Assembly: GCA_028534125.1 (NCBI GenBank)
Contig: CM052816.1
Span: forward strand, 92,878,001 to 92,942,000
Reading direction: 5' to 3'
Source of the DNA: Lama glama
Lineage: Eukaryota
Length of the DNA stretch: 64,000 nucleotides
The position numbers were made by a program, and so were the translations under genes. Within the stretch, counting starts at the first letter, position 1. Every line of letters begins with the position of its first letter. The notes below the pieces were generated by a model. That model was given only the letters and a program-made list of their open reading frames with translations, searched no databases and was not told where the DNA came from. This document shows, piece by piece, positions 63,250 through 64,000 of the stretch.

Positions 63250-64000
63250 GCATCTTGGGACATTCTTAGGCCCTCCATAAAGGATGAAAAGGGGAAACTG
63301 GCCAGAAACAGGCTGCTGCAGTAGTAGAAGCCTCAGAGGGATTCCTCCCAGTGGGCAAAACACGCCAACGGCCATGAGAGTCAGAGGTCTGACCACACAC
63401 CTCACCGTCCTCAACCGACAGGCCTTGTGGGTCCAGCTGGGGATCTCCCATGGCAGGCGCTGTCCTTGACCAGCCACAGGGCACGCTGCTCTCCCTCCAC
63501 TAGCCAGAAGGGGCGTTAAGATCTTTCCTGCAGCAGGTGTACGTGGCAGTTGCTCCCCTTGAGCTGCACAGTCTTACAGAGGGTGTGCATCTGGTGGTTC
63601 ATTCACTCCTCAGTCAAGAAGCGAAGAAGTTCAAAGTAGCAGGAGAGGATCATAACTAAACCCACAGAGGAGGGGACCTTCCCAGAGATTGTGGAATGTG
63701 AGGCAAACAAGCAGCTCTTGGGACAATTTCTGGTTACGGTGGTTGAGTTGTGGGCCTGGAGCTCGACAGGGAGGAAGCCAGAGGAATAAACAGTCCAGCT
63801 CTCTTCTCCCGCCCTCCATCTGCTGCCCGTGCTTCCCAATGGCTGCACCCAACCAGGAGCAAGAGCAAGGGAGGCTGTGGATGAGTCCACCCCTGTCAGC
63901 CTCCTGAGGACAGAGCAGAGTGAAGAAAGGTGGAGAGCTCATCAGGTGGGCAAAGGAGGGCAGCCCAGGCAACCAGGAAGTGGCTCCAGGCTTTGGAAGT

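Noticed and set aside
1..64000. A novel multi-gene, prokaryotic-type or viral system
   Set aside because: No operon, CRISPR array, intact transposase, RT or viral ORF is visible. The window is explained by the TRIO 5' region plus mammalian repeats.

Overview
Mammalian genomic DNA, very probably a camelid (alpaca, llama or camel), judged from tRNA-derived Vic-type SINEs and the L1 3' tails. The window holds the 5' end of TRIO (Trio Rho guanine-nucleotide exchange factor) on the minus strand: a CpG-island promoter (~51.1-53.45 kb), coding exon 1 (52387-52543, 157 nt, MSGSSGGAAAPAASSG...DLADIAAFFRS+G, phase-1 donor GTGAGT), and about 52 kb of intron 1 (1-52386). Exon 2 is not in the window. Upstream sequence (53.8-64 kb) is dense in repeats. 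The rest is ordinary interspersed repeats (L1M 3' ends, L2, MIR, MLT1 solo LTRs, MER5/MER94/MER46C, camelid SINEs) and microsatellites. Nearly all ORFs in the supplied track are spurious. I see no evidence of a novel multi-gene system. The best leads are a candidate alternative first exon and promoter in intron 1 (~19.9-20.7 kb, ATG-CAC-G|GTGAGC, same phase as exon 1), a candidate recursive splice site (17031/17032), two uORFs and a perfect NF-kB site at the promoter, a YY1/NRF1/AP-1 cluster at 11.75 kb, an exact 19-mer repeated 3 kb apart, and several informative retro-insertions. Repeat subfamily names and boundaries come from by-eye recognition and are approximate.
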